A model generated the notes under the pieces. The model did no database searches. It worked only from the letters and a program-made list of their open reading frames with translations, and had not been told where the DNA came from. A DNA stretch of 32,000 bases from Wallemia ichthyophaga EXF-994 (Eukaryota > Fungi > Basidiomycota), in the NCBI RefSeq assembly GCF_000400465.1, contig NW_008806275.1:60001-92000 (forward strand). The letters run 5' to 3'. A program made the translations under genes and the position numbers. This document shows, in pieces, positions 19,261 through 30,241 of the stretch (position 1 is the stretch's first letter; each line of letters begins with the position of its first letter).

Positions 19261-22200
19261 ATGGAACCACCTAAGATTACGATAGAGACGAGTCCCAATT
19301 CGCCCCAACCGAGCTACACAAACGACCGCAGAAACTCCGAGTCGCTGGCTGTCCCCACCACCTCCAAAGACCCTTTTACAGACGATAATGCTAGCACAAG
19401 CTATAGCACTCCCAGCGCACCCAGTACACCCCCAAAGAAGAAGAAGAAGGAGAAAAAGGAGAAGAAACCACTCGAGCCACGCCGCGTCGATAACCTCGGC
19501 GCCTTCGCCTTCCAGCCACACATCCTCACTGACTGCGTCGGCTACAAACAGTTTGACACTCTGCGCGACGATATCGGCGGCATTGATGGTCTTGCTCGTG
19601 GCCTAGGAACTGATCTTCGCGATGGTCTCCGTGCCGAGGCCTATTCCCTCAGTGGCAAGCCAGACCCCAGTGGTCCTCCCCAGGGAAGAGCGGGTTCCGC
19701 CAGCGAAGCCAGCGGCTTAGAAAGGCAGCGTGTGTACGACAAGAACGAGATTCCACCGAAAGAAACCAAGAACTTTTTCCAGCTTATGTGGATGGCTATG
19801 GAAGACAAGCTGCTGCAACTCCTCATAGTAGCTGCGATTGTCGCCCTAGCTTTGGGTATATATCAGGCTGTGGATTTCCCCGCACCCGTTATCAGATGCT
19901 ACAATGACGCAACGGGGAGATATGACGCATACTGCACAGAACCACAAGTCGAGTGGGTCGAGGGTGTCGCCATCCTCATCGCCATCATAATCGTCGTCCT
20001 CGTCGGCAGTATTAATGACTATCAAAAGGAGCTACAGTTCATGCAACTAAACAAGAAGAAGGAAGACAGAGATGTGAAAGTTAAAAGAGATGGCAATGAA
20101 CAGCACATAAGCATCAAGGATGTCCTCGTCGGCGACATACTGCAGCTCGAAACAGGCGACATCTTGCCTGTCGATGGCGTCTTTATCGGAGGTCACAACA
20201 TCAAGGCAGACGAGTCTGCAGCGACTGGTGAATCTGATGCCATTAAGAAGGTCACCTTTGACGATTATGCATCGTATCTTGACACCCTCAGCGAACACGA
20301 CAAAACTAAGAGTCAAAAGAAGGATTGCTTCTTGCTATCCGGTTCCAAGATTACCGAGGGCGTGGGTGAAATGATCGTCGTTGCCGTCGGTCTGCAATCC
20401 TACAACGGTCGTATCCTTGCCAGTCTAAATGACGAAGATGACGAAGGCACTCCCCTTCAAAGCAAACTGAACGACTTGGCAGAGTTGATTGCAAAGGTGG
20501 CTTCTGTTGCTGGTTTGCTCCTCTTCATCGCCCTCATGATAAGATTCTTCGTGGGATTGAAAGAGAATCCAGACAGAACCCCGCGCGAGAAGGGTCAGAA
20601 TTTCATTGAGATTCTCATCATATCGGTCACTCTCATTGTCGTTGCGGTCCCTGAAGGACTTCCGCTCGCTGTCACTCTAGCTCTCGCTTTTGCCACCAAG
20701 CGTATGACCAAGGCCAACCTTCTCGTCCGCCTTCTTGCTTCTTGTGAGACAATGGCGAATGCAACTGCTGTATGTACAGACAAGACTGGAACGCGTGGGT
20801 ATAGCCTTCTTGAGCATGTTTAACACCTCCTAATATGTCACAGTTACGCAGAATGTGATGAGCGTCGTCGCTGGCACCATTGGAATCAATGCTAAGTTCG
20901 TCATACGGCTTGAAGAAAACGCAGCAAGGTCAAATGCAGACCAACTGAATAGCGATGAAAAGTACACTGGCGGAAACTTTACTGTTGACTCCAATGATCT
21001 ATCCAATCACATCAAGGGTCCACTCCGCAAGCTGTTGTTTGACAGTATAGCGATCAACTCTACAGCTTTCGAAGACAAGAACAAGGAGACTGGTGAAATT
21101 GAATTTGTCGGCTCAAAGACCGAAACCGCACTCTTGCGCTTCGCTAAAGAGCGTCAATGGGATGACTGGCGGAACGCCCGTGAATCAGCCGAGATAGCGC
21201 AAATGATACCCTTCTCATCCGCACGCAAAGCTATGGGTATGGTTGTGAAGCTCAGCGACGGTCACTACAGGTTATACGTGAAGGGTGCATCAGAGGTGCT
21301 TGCAGGGCTTGCAACCAAGAGTGTTTCAATTGATGAAACTGATTCTGAAGATATACCAGTGTTTGATATGTCCCAGGCTGACCGTGAGAGCTTGAACGAA
21401 ACCATCAAGTTCTATGCAACGCAGTCGTTGCGCACTATAGCCTTATGCTATAAAGACTTCGCTGAGTGGCCACCGAAGAAGGCATCAATTGACGAGACTG
21501 GAGATGTTGAATATGATAGCATTGCGACGGACTTGACATTGGTCGGCATTACTGGTATAGAAGACCCTCTTAGACCTGGTGTATCTGACGCCGTAAAGAG
21601 AGCTCAAATGGCCGGCGTTAAAGTAAAGATGTGTACTGGTGACAATGTACTGACTGCGCAATCTATCGCTAGACAATGTGGGATCCTGACCGAAGGTGGT
21701 ATCGTTATGGAAGGAGTCGAATTCAGAAATCTCAGTGAATACGACAGAATAAGTTGTGTTCCGAATCTGCAGGTTCTTGCTAGATCATCTCCCGATGACA
21801 AGAAGATGCTAGTTCAGACGCTCAGAAAGTCTCATTCGGAGACTGTCGGTGTCACTGGTGATGGTACAAACGATGCACCTGCCTTGAAGGCTGCCAATGT
21901 CGGTTTTTCAATGGGTATCGCTGGTACTGAGGTAGCCAAGGAGGCCTCCTCGATCATTCTCATGGATGATAATGTGGGTGGATTAACTTTAAATGTGCTC
22001 TTGCAACCCACTTACACCTTTCTAGTTCGCTTCAATTGTCTCAGCTATAATGTGGGGCAGGTGTGTGAACGACTCGGTAAAGAAGTTCTTGCAATTCCAG
22101 CTCTCAGTCAATGTGACAGCAATTCTCATTGTCTTTGTCACGGCAATTGCATCAGATTCGGAAGAGTCTGTCTTGTCGGCTGTTCAGCTGCTTTGGGTGA

Positions 22201-23216
22201 ACTTGATAATGGACACATTCGCCGCATTAGCGCTGGCCACTGACCCTGCAACACCAACAGTACTCAACCGCAAACCAGAAATACCAGGCTCACCAATCAT
22301 CAATGCGAGTATGTTGAAGGTAATCACATCTCAATCGCTGTACAAAACGGCAGTTGTATTTGTCTTGCACTTTGCAGGTAGACAGATACTTGGTTATAGA
22401 ACGAGTTACACTACGGATGAAGAAGCAGCAGAATTCAGCGCACAAGGCACTCAATTGAAATCATTAGTATTTAACGCATTTGTCTGGTGTCAGATTTTCA
22501 ACCAAATCAACTGCCGTAGATTGGACAACAAGCTGAATGTGTTTGAGGGTATTCACAAGAATTGGTGGTTTATCGTTATGTTCTGCATCATGGTCGGTGG
22601 ACAAGTCTTGATTATCTTTGTTGGTGGCGCTGCATTCTCCGTCACAAGATTAGGTGGAAGAGATTGGGCGATATCTGTTATTTGTGGATTCTGCTCTCTT
22701 ATCATTGGAGCTCTTTTCAGATTTATACCGGATGAACCCATCGAAAGAAAGCTGACGCAGTGGGGTATGTTCCCCGACCCACATCGACTGCCAATCAATA
22801 TGGGTGAACCATCAAAGAAAGGAGAGGATCCAATATACGATTCACTTCAGCTGCTGTCGATGCTGCGTGGTGGGCGTATCAGAGGTTCATCAGTTGTGCA
22901 GAAATCAAGACGTATTGTCAGACATCCAATCCAAGAACTATCCGAAACACTCTACCCACATTCCAAAACCAATAGCGGGACAACGACGCCAGATAATGGT
23001 AGCACATCACCTTTGTCAGCGAAGCACACACATCTCGATGCTTTGTCGGTTTTGCCGATGATGGTGGCTTCGAGTGTGGGTGCAGGACCGATATACAGAA
23101 ACACGAGATCAGGAAGTGTGAATTCAAATTCGAACTCAAGACCGGGTCACTCTCCGTCTACGTCGATTGATGATCACAGCAGCGCACCTCCATCGCCCTT
23201 GTCGCATAAACGGTGA
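19261..23216 (+). CDS. PMC1: P2B-type (PMCA-like) vacuolar Ca2+-ATPase, 1284 aa; exons 19261-20794, 20844-21973, 22026-23216
   Basis: DESAATGESD, VAVPEGLPLAVTLALAF, phosphorylation site DKTGTLT (restored across a 49-nt intron), KGASE, TGDGTNDAPAL and QLLWVNLIMDTFAALALATDP. Confidence 0.96.
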
Positions 23217-23328
23217 GAGTGACGCCCGCGCCAACGACAAGAACAACGATAACGATAACGAGTAATTTATTTAATGTAAATGTATTATTTTGCTTATGAT
23301 AATATCATGTTTAATCAAGCGTACAACG

Positions 23329-24844
23329 ATGACCTCAATTAAGAGCAGACAGGATGAGCGAATGCCGCGGAGCTGGGAGCAGTACGCGTCGATCAGCATG
23401 GATGAAGGGAGCTGTGAGTGGGGTTGTTCTGTGGAATATAAGGTACTCAAAGTGCTCTAGATGAATCTGGATTGAGTAACTTTGAGAATATCCGTTGTCC
23501 AGGATATTTGCCATCGGAGTAGGTTTCCAGTTTTTGATTATTCGCACTCTCAGACGTCACACAGAAACTACATACAGCAATTTGTATACATTTCACTGGT
23601 CCCGACGGTGAGAAAGAGCGGTGATTCGAACAGCGGCGTGGGGACGAGAGGGAGAAGTAAGAAGCAGCAGCAACCACACATAAATACAAACACAAACACA
23701 CGCCATGACACCGTCGATGTTGCCGCGTTTGACGAGAAGATGGCGAGTAGCTCACTGCGTCTACTTACAAGACTGCTTGAGATGCAATCTGGCAGTGTGT
23801 TTGAAGACAGCGGGAAAGACCATCTCGAAATTATTCTCAACGCTTTGCCAAGTTACCGGCGGACAATGTCCGTTGCACACAAGCATGCACCCGATACAGT
23901 CCTCGAGAAGGGCGCTGCGGAGGTAAACAAGTGTAGGTGTATATGGGATCTGCTCGGCATGAACAGCAGGAATAAGAGTGAGAGGAAGAATGACATCAAT
24001 AATAATGCGGCAGAAGAGAATGTCCATATCGGCGTGAACGGGAATGTGAATTTGAACTTAGATGGCATCATTGATCAGGATGCATGGGCATTTTTCGGAT
24101 TCGTTGTGAGTGTTTGGGAAATGCAGGCGAGAAATAGTCAGCCTACCCACCTCATGGCGAATCTGCGCGATGTCCGATATGACGCTAGCTCGGCACTAGA
24201 TGCGGTTCTGGCGGGTTTCGAAGCCCCGACGAAGCTCTCCCCGCTGAGCTGCTCGCCAAGCGTAGGCATCAGGGTACGCGAAAATCACCACGAGCTGCTC
24301 GCTGCCAAGATGGCATCTGAGAGTATCCAGCGGGTGGATATTTCAAAGCGGCTGCTGAGATTGGTAGGTGGTGATGTAATGTATGATACTGCGTGAGTCG
24401 CTCACACTCTCCTGCAATAGCTTCTCCAGCTCGTCGTTGATGGCACTCTTGCCGCTTCTGCCGTGCTGACTCACCTTGGTAGCCAGTTGTCACTCAGGGA
24501 AGGCGACGTGGTGTGTGATGTAATGGACGTGCGTATTGGATTTAATTCAGTGGTGCTCCCGCTCACACTTCGGCTTTCTGTCACAGGCATTTCCCGTTGA
24601 GTACACAGATATCATGCTCGATGTCATGGTCGCTGTGATACAGGCTAAAGGGGAGCTAGTTACACAGGGGCAGACACCTATTATGAAAGTACTGCTGTCG
24701 TCAGAAAGCTCCACCTTGAAAGCTATTGGATTGAGAAATGCCATCATCGGCAAGAGTCCATCGGTTGATTCGGTGAGAGAAAGTAGAGAGGAGCTAGAGG
24801 GGCATTGCGGAAAGGCTGTGAATGTTCTTCTTGCACTTCTGTAA
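23329..24844 (+). CDS. Uncharacterised helical protein, possibly Smc5/6 subunit Nse5-like, about 435 aa; exons 23329-23413, 23461-23518, 23565-24363, 24421-24528, 24587-24844
   Basis: Four canonical introns (47, 46, 57, 58 nt) link the ORF-track fragments into one frame, so the gene itself is well supported. The Nse5 resemblance (YLPS..YI, SLRLLTRLL, CIWDLL, W.FF..V...WE) is from memory and weak. Confidence 0.7.
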
Positions 24845-25089
24845 AATAAGTAGAAAAGTAAATTTTCATGACAATAATCACCGTCATCTAAGGAATGTCA
24901 ATCAAGGCACGCAATCGGAATGGTGAGTCAACTGGCACGGCTTGATCGGTGGGGCTATATATTAATTGAGGATTTCTGTACGCTTTTGGAAAAAGAAAGA
25001 GATTGGTGTCATTGGCTGAAAAGTTTCTTGGCTTTCGTGAATAAAGAGGAGCCTTGTTGAAAAATAACAATCACAGTTGTGTACATACA

Positions 25090-25886
25090 ATGAATTCAGC
25101 AGAAGTACCAGATCTAGTCAGTGACTCTTCGTCGGGTTGCCAATCTTCACCGGAAATGCAAGCATTCGACAGAGTGCAACGGATGGAGAAGGTAAATGGG
25201 GAATTGGTTGAAATCGATTAGTAAGTGTGGGTTGCTGCAGCTACCATGCCTACTTACAGCTACATTCAGCGCATGCATTTGCTGTGATCCTGCCAACACA
25301 ACTGGCTATCACTGTCCACAGACATACTCCATCGTAAAGAAGAAGACAAAGAGAGACACAGAGAGCTGGCACAGTAACATGATTAGAGGAGACAAATTCA
25401 GAGAAATCGGGATACTCCATCATGAAGAGTGCCTTGGGTGCTACAAGTTCATTCCATCTAAGTTTCCAGACGTCGGGAGTAGATGCAGCTGCTGTGGTTC
25501 ATACAGCTGTGATAATATCACCCCAGGTGGCTGCACTCGCAATTTCAGCGTAACTCAGCTTGGTTGTGAGCAAGATTAGTACATTTAAACAAACAATACT
25601 CACGCAGCCCACAGCACCAAAACTACCAGCAAACTCACTCAACTGGATACTCTCAAATCAAAACGCTGCGGGACTCCTCAACAGGTACGGTAGTGTGGAG
25701 AAACTTATTCATGCAGTCGTAAATGTCCTCCCCAGAGCTGGTGCTGGAGATAAGCTTATTTTGTCGAACGGTCTAATCAGAGATATCAATAGTATGATAT
25801 GCTCAAATTGCGTCTGGAGGGATGTCGTGGTTGACGGATTACATTTGCTCTGGAAGCATAACAATAGCATTAACATCAACAACTAG
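25090..25886 (+). CDS. Cys/His-rich orphan protein; exons approx. 25090-25220, 25270-25549, 25608-25886 (termini and later introns uncertain)
   Basis: A 49-nt GTAAGT..CAG intron joins MNSAEVPDL...EIDY to ACICCDP...HHEECLGC...CSCCGSYSC. A 58-nt GTAACT..ACTCACGCAG intron joins the last ORF-track frame. No homology recognised. Confidence 0.55.
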
Positions 25887-26131
25887 GAGAACACACATTA
25901 CATATCAGCACAGCGTATCATAAACCCAGCTCAACTCGCCTTAACTGTATCACACCCTAGCAACCACAGCAGTCTCTCTTCTTTGTATTTCTAACGCAAT
26001 CAGCAATTAGCTGCATACATTCGTCACATTGTTTATCATACTAGAAACTAGATGCTGGATAGGATGAAAGATGAGATTTATTAAACCGTGAAAATTACTA
26101 AAACAGAATCAAGATTAAAGAGAAAAAGAGT

Positions 26132-29100
26132 CTAGTTCTTTGGTGCAACTTCAACACGGTTGAGATCAATAAAGATATCGTCAGCAGGGTGTCTGTAGAG
26201 TGGTTGTCTGAGTCTCTTTTGGTCCAAGAAGTGACCAATGAAACCGATTGTTCTACCCAAGACGAAGAGACCGTTGAGAGTACCAATCTTCATATAATCT
26301 CTAGCCTCTTCTTCGTTGAATGCACCGGAGCATTTGAGGAGATCACAGAATGCAGCTGCGATACATCCATCAACGTTAAGAATGAGTGAGTCCTTCTTCG
26401 ATGACGTAACATTCTCAACACCGAGTGCGTAGTCCATAGTAGCGTGAGATGGGAAGTTCTTCATAACAAAGTCCTTAACCAACTCAACACGCAAGTCTGG
26501 GTTAGTCTTTGACTTAATCTTGTGACCGATACCTGGAATTAATCTGTTTTGCTTTCTCATAGAGTCAACAAACTCTCTTGGAGAAAGACCAGATTCGACA
26601 CCTCTAGTGAACTCATTTGCTGCACCGTCGAGAGCACCACCGAATCTATCACCGATAGTCAACAAACCTGAGCAGAGTGCTGAGATCAAGTCCTTTCCTG
26701 CACGTGCAGTAACGATAGTGTTCATTGCTCCAGATACAGCTGGTCCATGGTCTGCTGTTAATTGGAGAGCAATTTCAAGGAACTTGCATGCGTAGCCTGG
26801 CATACGTCTCTTGAACCACAAGAGCGACATAACACCACCGATACCGATTTCTTCCTTAAATACATCACTAATCTTCATACCATTGTAGAGGAGTTCTTGA
26901 CCACGCTCATCGGAGATGGTAGAAATGAATGCAGCTGGTTTACGGATCATACCAAGTTCCTGTGTTGTGTGGTTAACTGGTGCACTCTTTCAAACATACT
27001 TTAAGACCCACTTGTGCCCACTTGTAGTCCATTGGGATAGTTGGTGGTTGTGGTTCTGATCTTGGTGTGATTTGTCCCTTCTTGACGAGATCCTCGTAAG
27101 CGGCACGAAGGACATCTGGGAGCTCTTCAAAGGTTTCTGGAACGATAAAGCCTGCGTTTCTCATAGCAGTGTTCTTGGCATCAGCAGTTTCAGAGTCTGA
27201 GTTTGCCATCGAACCGGCGTGACCGAACTGAACTTCGGTGCTGAACATCTTAGCGCAAGTACCAATAGACCAAGCAACAATTGGCTTCTTAATGATACCC
27301 TTCTTGACAGCATCGATGACGCGGTATTCCTCAACACCACCAACTTCACCAAGCAACATAAGCAATTTGCAGCTTGGATCAGCCTCGTAGCGCAACAAGT
27401 GATCAATAAAGGTTGAACCTGGGTAACGGTCACCACCAATAGCAATACCTTCGTAGGTACCGTCGGTGACGATTGAGAGTATGTTGTTCAACTCGTTAGA
27501 CATACCACCTGACTTGGAGACGTAACCAACTGAACCTGATCTGTAGAGCTTTGAGGAGAGAATGTTGTCCATCATACCACCAGAGTTACCAATACGGAAG
27601 CAGCCTGGCTTGATACCACCAACAGTTGCTGGACCAATGATGAGAGTACCCTTCTTCTCAGCCTTGACGAGAATTTCTCTAGCGAAACGCTCTGGAACAC
27701 CTTCAGCGATGATTGCAATTGACTTGATTTGTGGGAAGTCAAGTATATCCATCACAGAGTCGAAAACTGAACGCGATGAAGCAAAGTTGACAACACAGTC
27801 TGCGTCTGGGTGCTTGGCGATAGCTTCTTCAACTGAAGTGTAAACTGGAAGTAAGGTTTCCTTTGTACCCCAGTAAAACTTTTGAATGTGGTGACCACCG
27901 AATGGATAAATCATAGCAGCAACAGAAGAGCTCTTACGGCCACATGAATAGTCAAAGTCAAGCATACCTTGAATGGCTCTTGGTTGAAGACCAAAGACGA
28001 GACATCTGGTGTTTTCATCGAATGGTCTGAAAGATGGTCTCTTTCCAGCTTCCTTGTTGGTGTCAAATGTAACGATGGCGTCCTTTGGTTGAGTGCGCTC
28101 ACCAGAGGCAACATCAACTGATCCTACGGTAGGAGCAGTGTTTGCAACGTCAGCTGGTTGACCTGATTGAGAAGCTTGGATAGAAGCAGCGGTTGCGGTA
28201 GTTGGTTGGATTTGAGCGGTAGTCTTTGTTAAACCGAGTGCGAGTGGGACAATAGCAGTGATGTGGGTTTCTGGACCGTAGACGTTGATATCGACACCGA
28301 GAGACTCACCGAGCAAGCGCATTGCCTTGAGACCTTCTTGGTAGTTTGGACCAGCACGACGGACGTAGATCTTTACGTTGTGCTTTTGAAGAGGTTGTTG
28401 GTATTCTCTGAGGGCTTGGATGATACCCTTGAAAGTAGCAGCGACGTTTGTAAAGTTGGCAATACCACCACCAATGATGAGAAGTTTACCTTCTGGGTGT
28501 GGCTCACCGCGGGTGATGAGGTCAATAATAGTCTTTGCGTACTCGTAGGTTTGGCCTTGAGTAGGAGCACCCGAGTATTCACCGTAGTTAGCGAGCTCGT
28601 GAGCGAAACCGGCAGCAGCAATTGCGTCAGAGTATACAACGGAAGCACCACCACCAGCGACCATGGTCCAGATACGACCTTCTGGCTTTAAAACGGTGAG
28701 CTTCAAAGAGGCACCAGTTGAGCCATCAAGTTTCTTGATGTAGGCCTCTTCTTTGGTGGAGTCACGACCGAAAGGAGCAGGCCAAACCATGGCAGGACCA
28801 CGATCAGAAGAAACAGCTTGGTTTAAAGGAGTGTCATCACGAGCAATTGACCACTTTGGACCACAAATGTAGTCAGCGGTTTGATCAATCTTGGCAGCCA
28901 AATCGAGGAAGTGCATTGTTGGTGGGGATGTTGGGGTGGCGTCAAGGCAAACAAGAGGGTTGATTTCGAGATAAGCGAAGTGGAGGTCTACGTAGACAGC
29001 GTAGAGACGTTCCAAGAACTCAATGAGAGTGTCTTGCTTGCTGGAATCAACGTCTTTGACGAGACCGCTCTTGAGTTCAGCTCTAGTTGGGAATTTACCA

Positions 29101-29668
29101 TCAACTGGGGCAATAGTGATCTTTTGAGCCTTTGAGTCGACATCACCAACGTCAACACCACCTTCAGCAGTGAAGAGAATGTTGTCACCTTCACGAGTTG
29201 AGTGGATACAGACGTAGTACTCGTCTGTTTGTGGGTGAGGAACGAATGGCTCAGCAATAAAGTTGTTCAAGGTGCCTGAAACTGATTGGACCTATGTCGA
29301 GTCTCAGAAATTTTTCACCAAAACAAAACATCGAGACTCACTTGTTGCTGCTTGCCAGCTCTTTCTTGGATCCATTGCTTGCCGCCTTCAGACCAAGACT
29401 TGTTGATACCGAGCAAGCCAGCCTTTCCTCTACGCTTGATGAGCTGGTCAGGCTTGACGACGAGCTTATCGGTGAAGACCCAGCCAGGAAGCTGGTTGTC
29501 AGGGGTAATAGAGTTGGATTCCGAGTCCCAAGCGATTTGAGCAACCTTTGCGTCAGGGAAGACGAAACCAGGAGAAGGCTTAATGTCGCTGGACACAGAA
29601 GGGGATCTTGGGAGCCAGTAGCTGACGATTCTTTTGCCGTCGTATTCAAGGATCGATGCAGAGGACAT
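26132..29668 (-). CDS. ACL1: ATP-citrate lyase, single-chain (fused) form, 1144 aa; exons 29668-29342, 29291-27012, 26959-26132
   Basis: [39 protein letters not shown], catalytic QFGHAGS, and citrate-synthase-like C-terminus [10 protein letters not shown]...IPGIGH. Introns of 50 and 52 nt. Confidence 0.97.
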
Positions 29669-29671
29669 GGT

Positions 29672-29777
29672 CTGTTTGTGGTGATCAGATGTGTGCGCGC
29701 TGGGTGTTGAGTGGCCGTGTACACCTACATTAGCTAGTGTGTGTTAGCGCTGTCTGCGCCGCGTAGATCTCACTTAC
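29672..29777 (-). other. Two tandem 5'-UTR introns of ACL1 (44 nt + 57 nt around a 5-nt exon, or 53 + 53 nt abutting)
   Basis: The minus strand reads GTAAGT...GCTAACACACACTAG CTAAT GTAGGT...TCTGATCACCACAAACAG ACC ATG. Confidence 0.6.
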
Positions 29778-30241
29778 TTTAAATTATTGCTCTAGATGGT
29801 ACAGAACTAAGACTGCCGCGAATACCAGCCCGTCCGTCTTCCCCAATCCAAAAATAAAAATCTTTAAATCGGGCTTTGGGGGAGTGTGCAGGAGTGTAGC
29901 GTGAGCGTGTGCAATTATCAGCCCTACAAATACCTTGCAATACACTTGAATCTTTTTTTACGCCTCGAGAAGATTACGATGGGGTTTTTGTTTGTGCGCG
30001 TAATCAGCTGATCAGCGGCGCTTGAGAGTGGTGGGTCGCTTGTTGCGTTTATTGAAGTACAGTATCTCTACGCTGTGAATCTCTGCGCTGTGCATCTCTC
30101 CCCATTGATCCCGACATCAGGTACACCAAGATACACCAAGATACAGCATGCGCTGTGAACACCACACGCACAAGCTGCAACCCCCATATCTATTGTCCAA
30201 ATGCATCTCTATCGTCTCTTCATCTCCAACAACCATCTGCA

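Noticed and set aside
26132-29668. Fusion of the two ATP-citrate lyase subunits into one gene
   Set aside because: Single-chain ACL is the established state in animals and basidiomycetes. It is a taxonomic clue, not a novelty.
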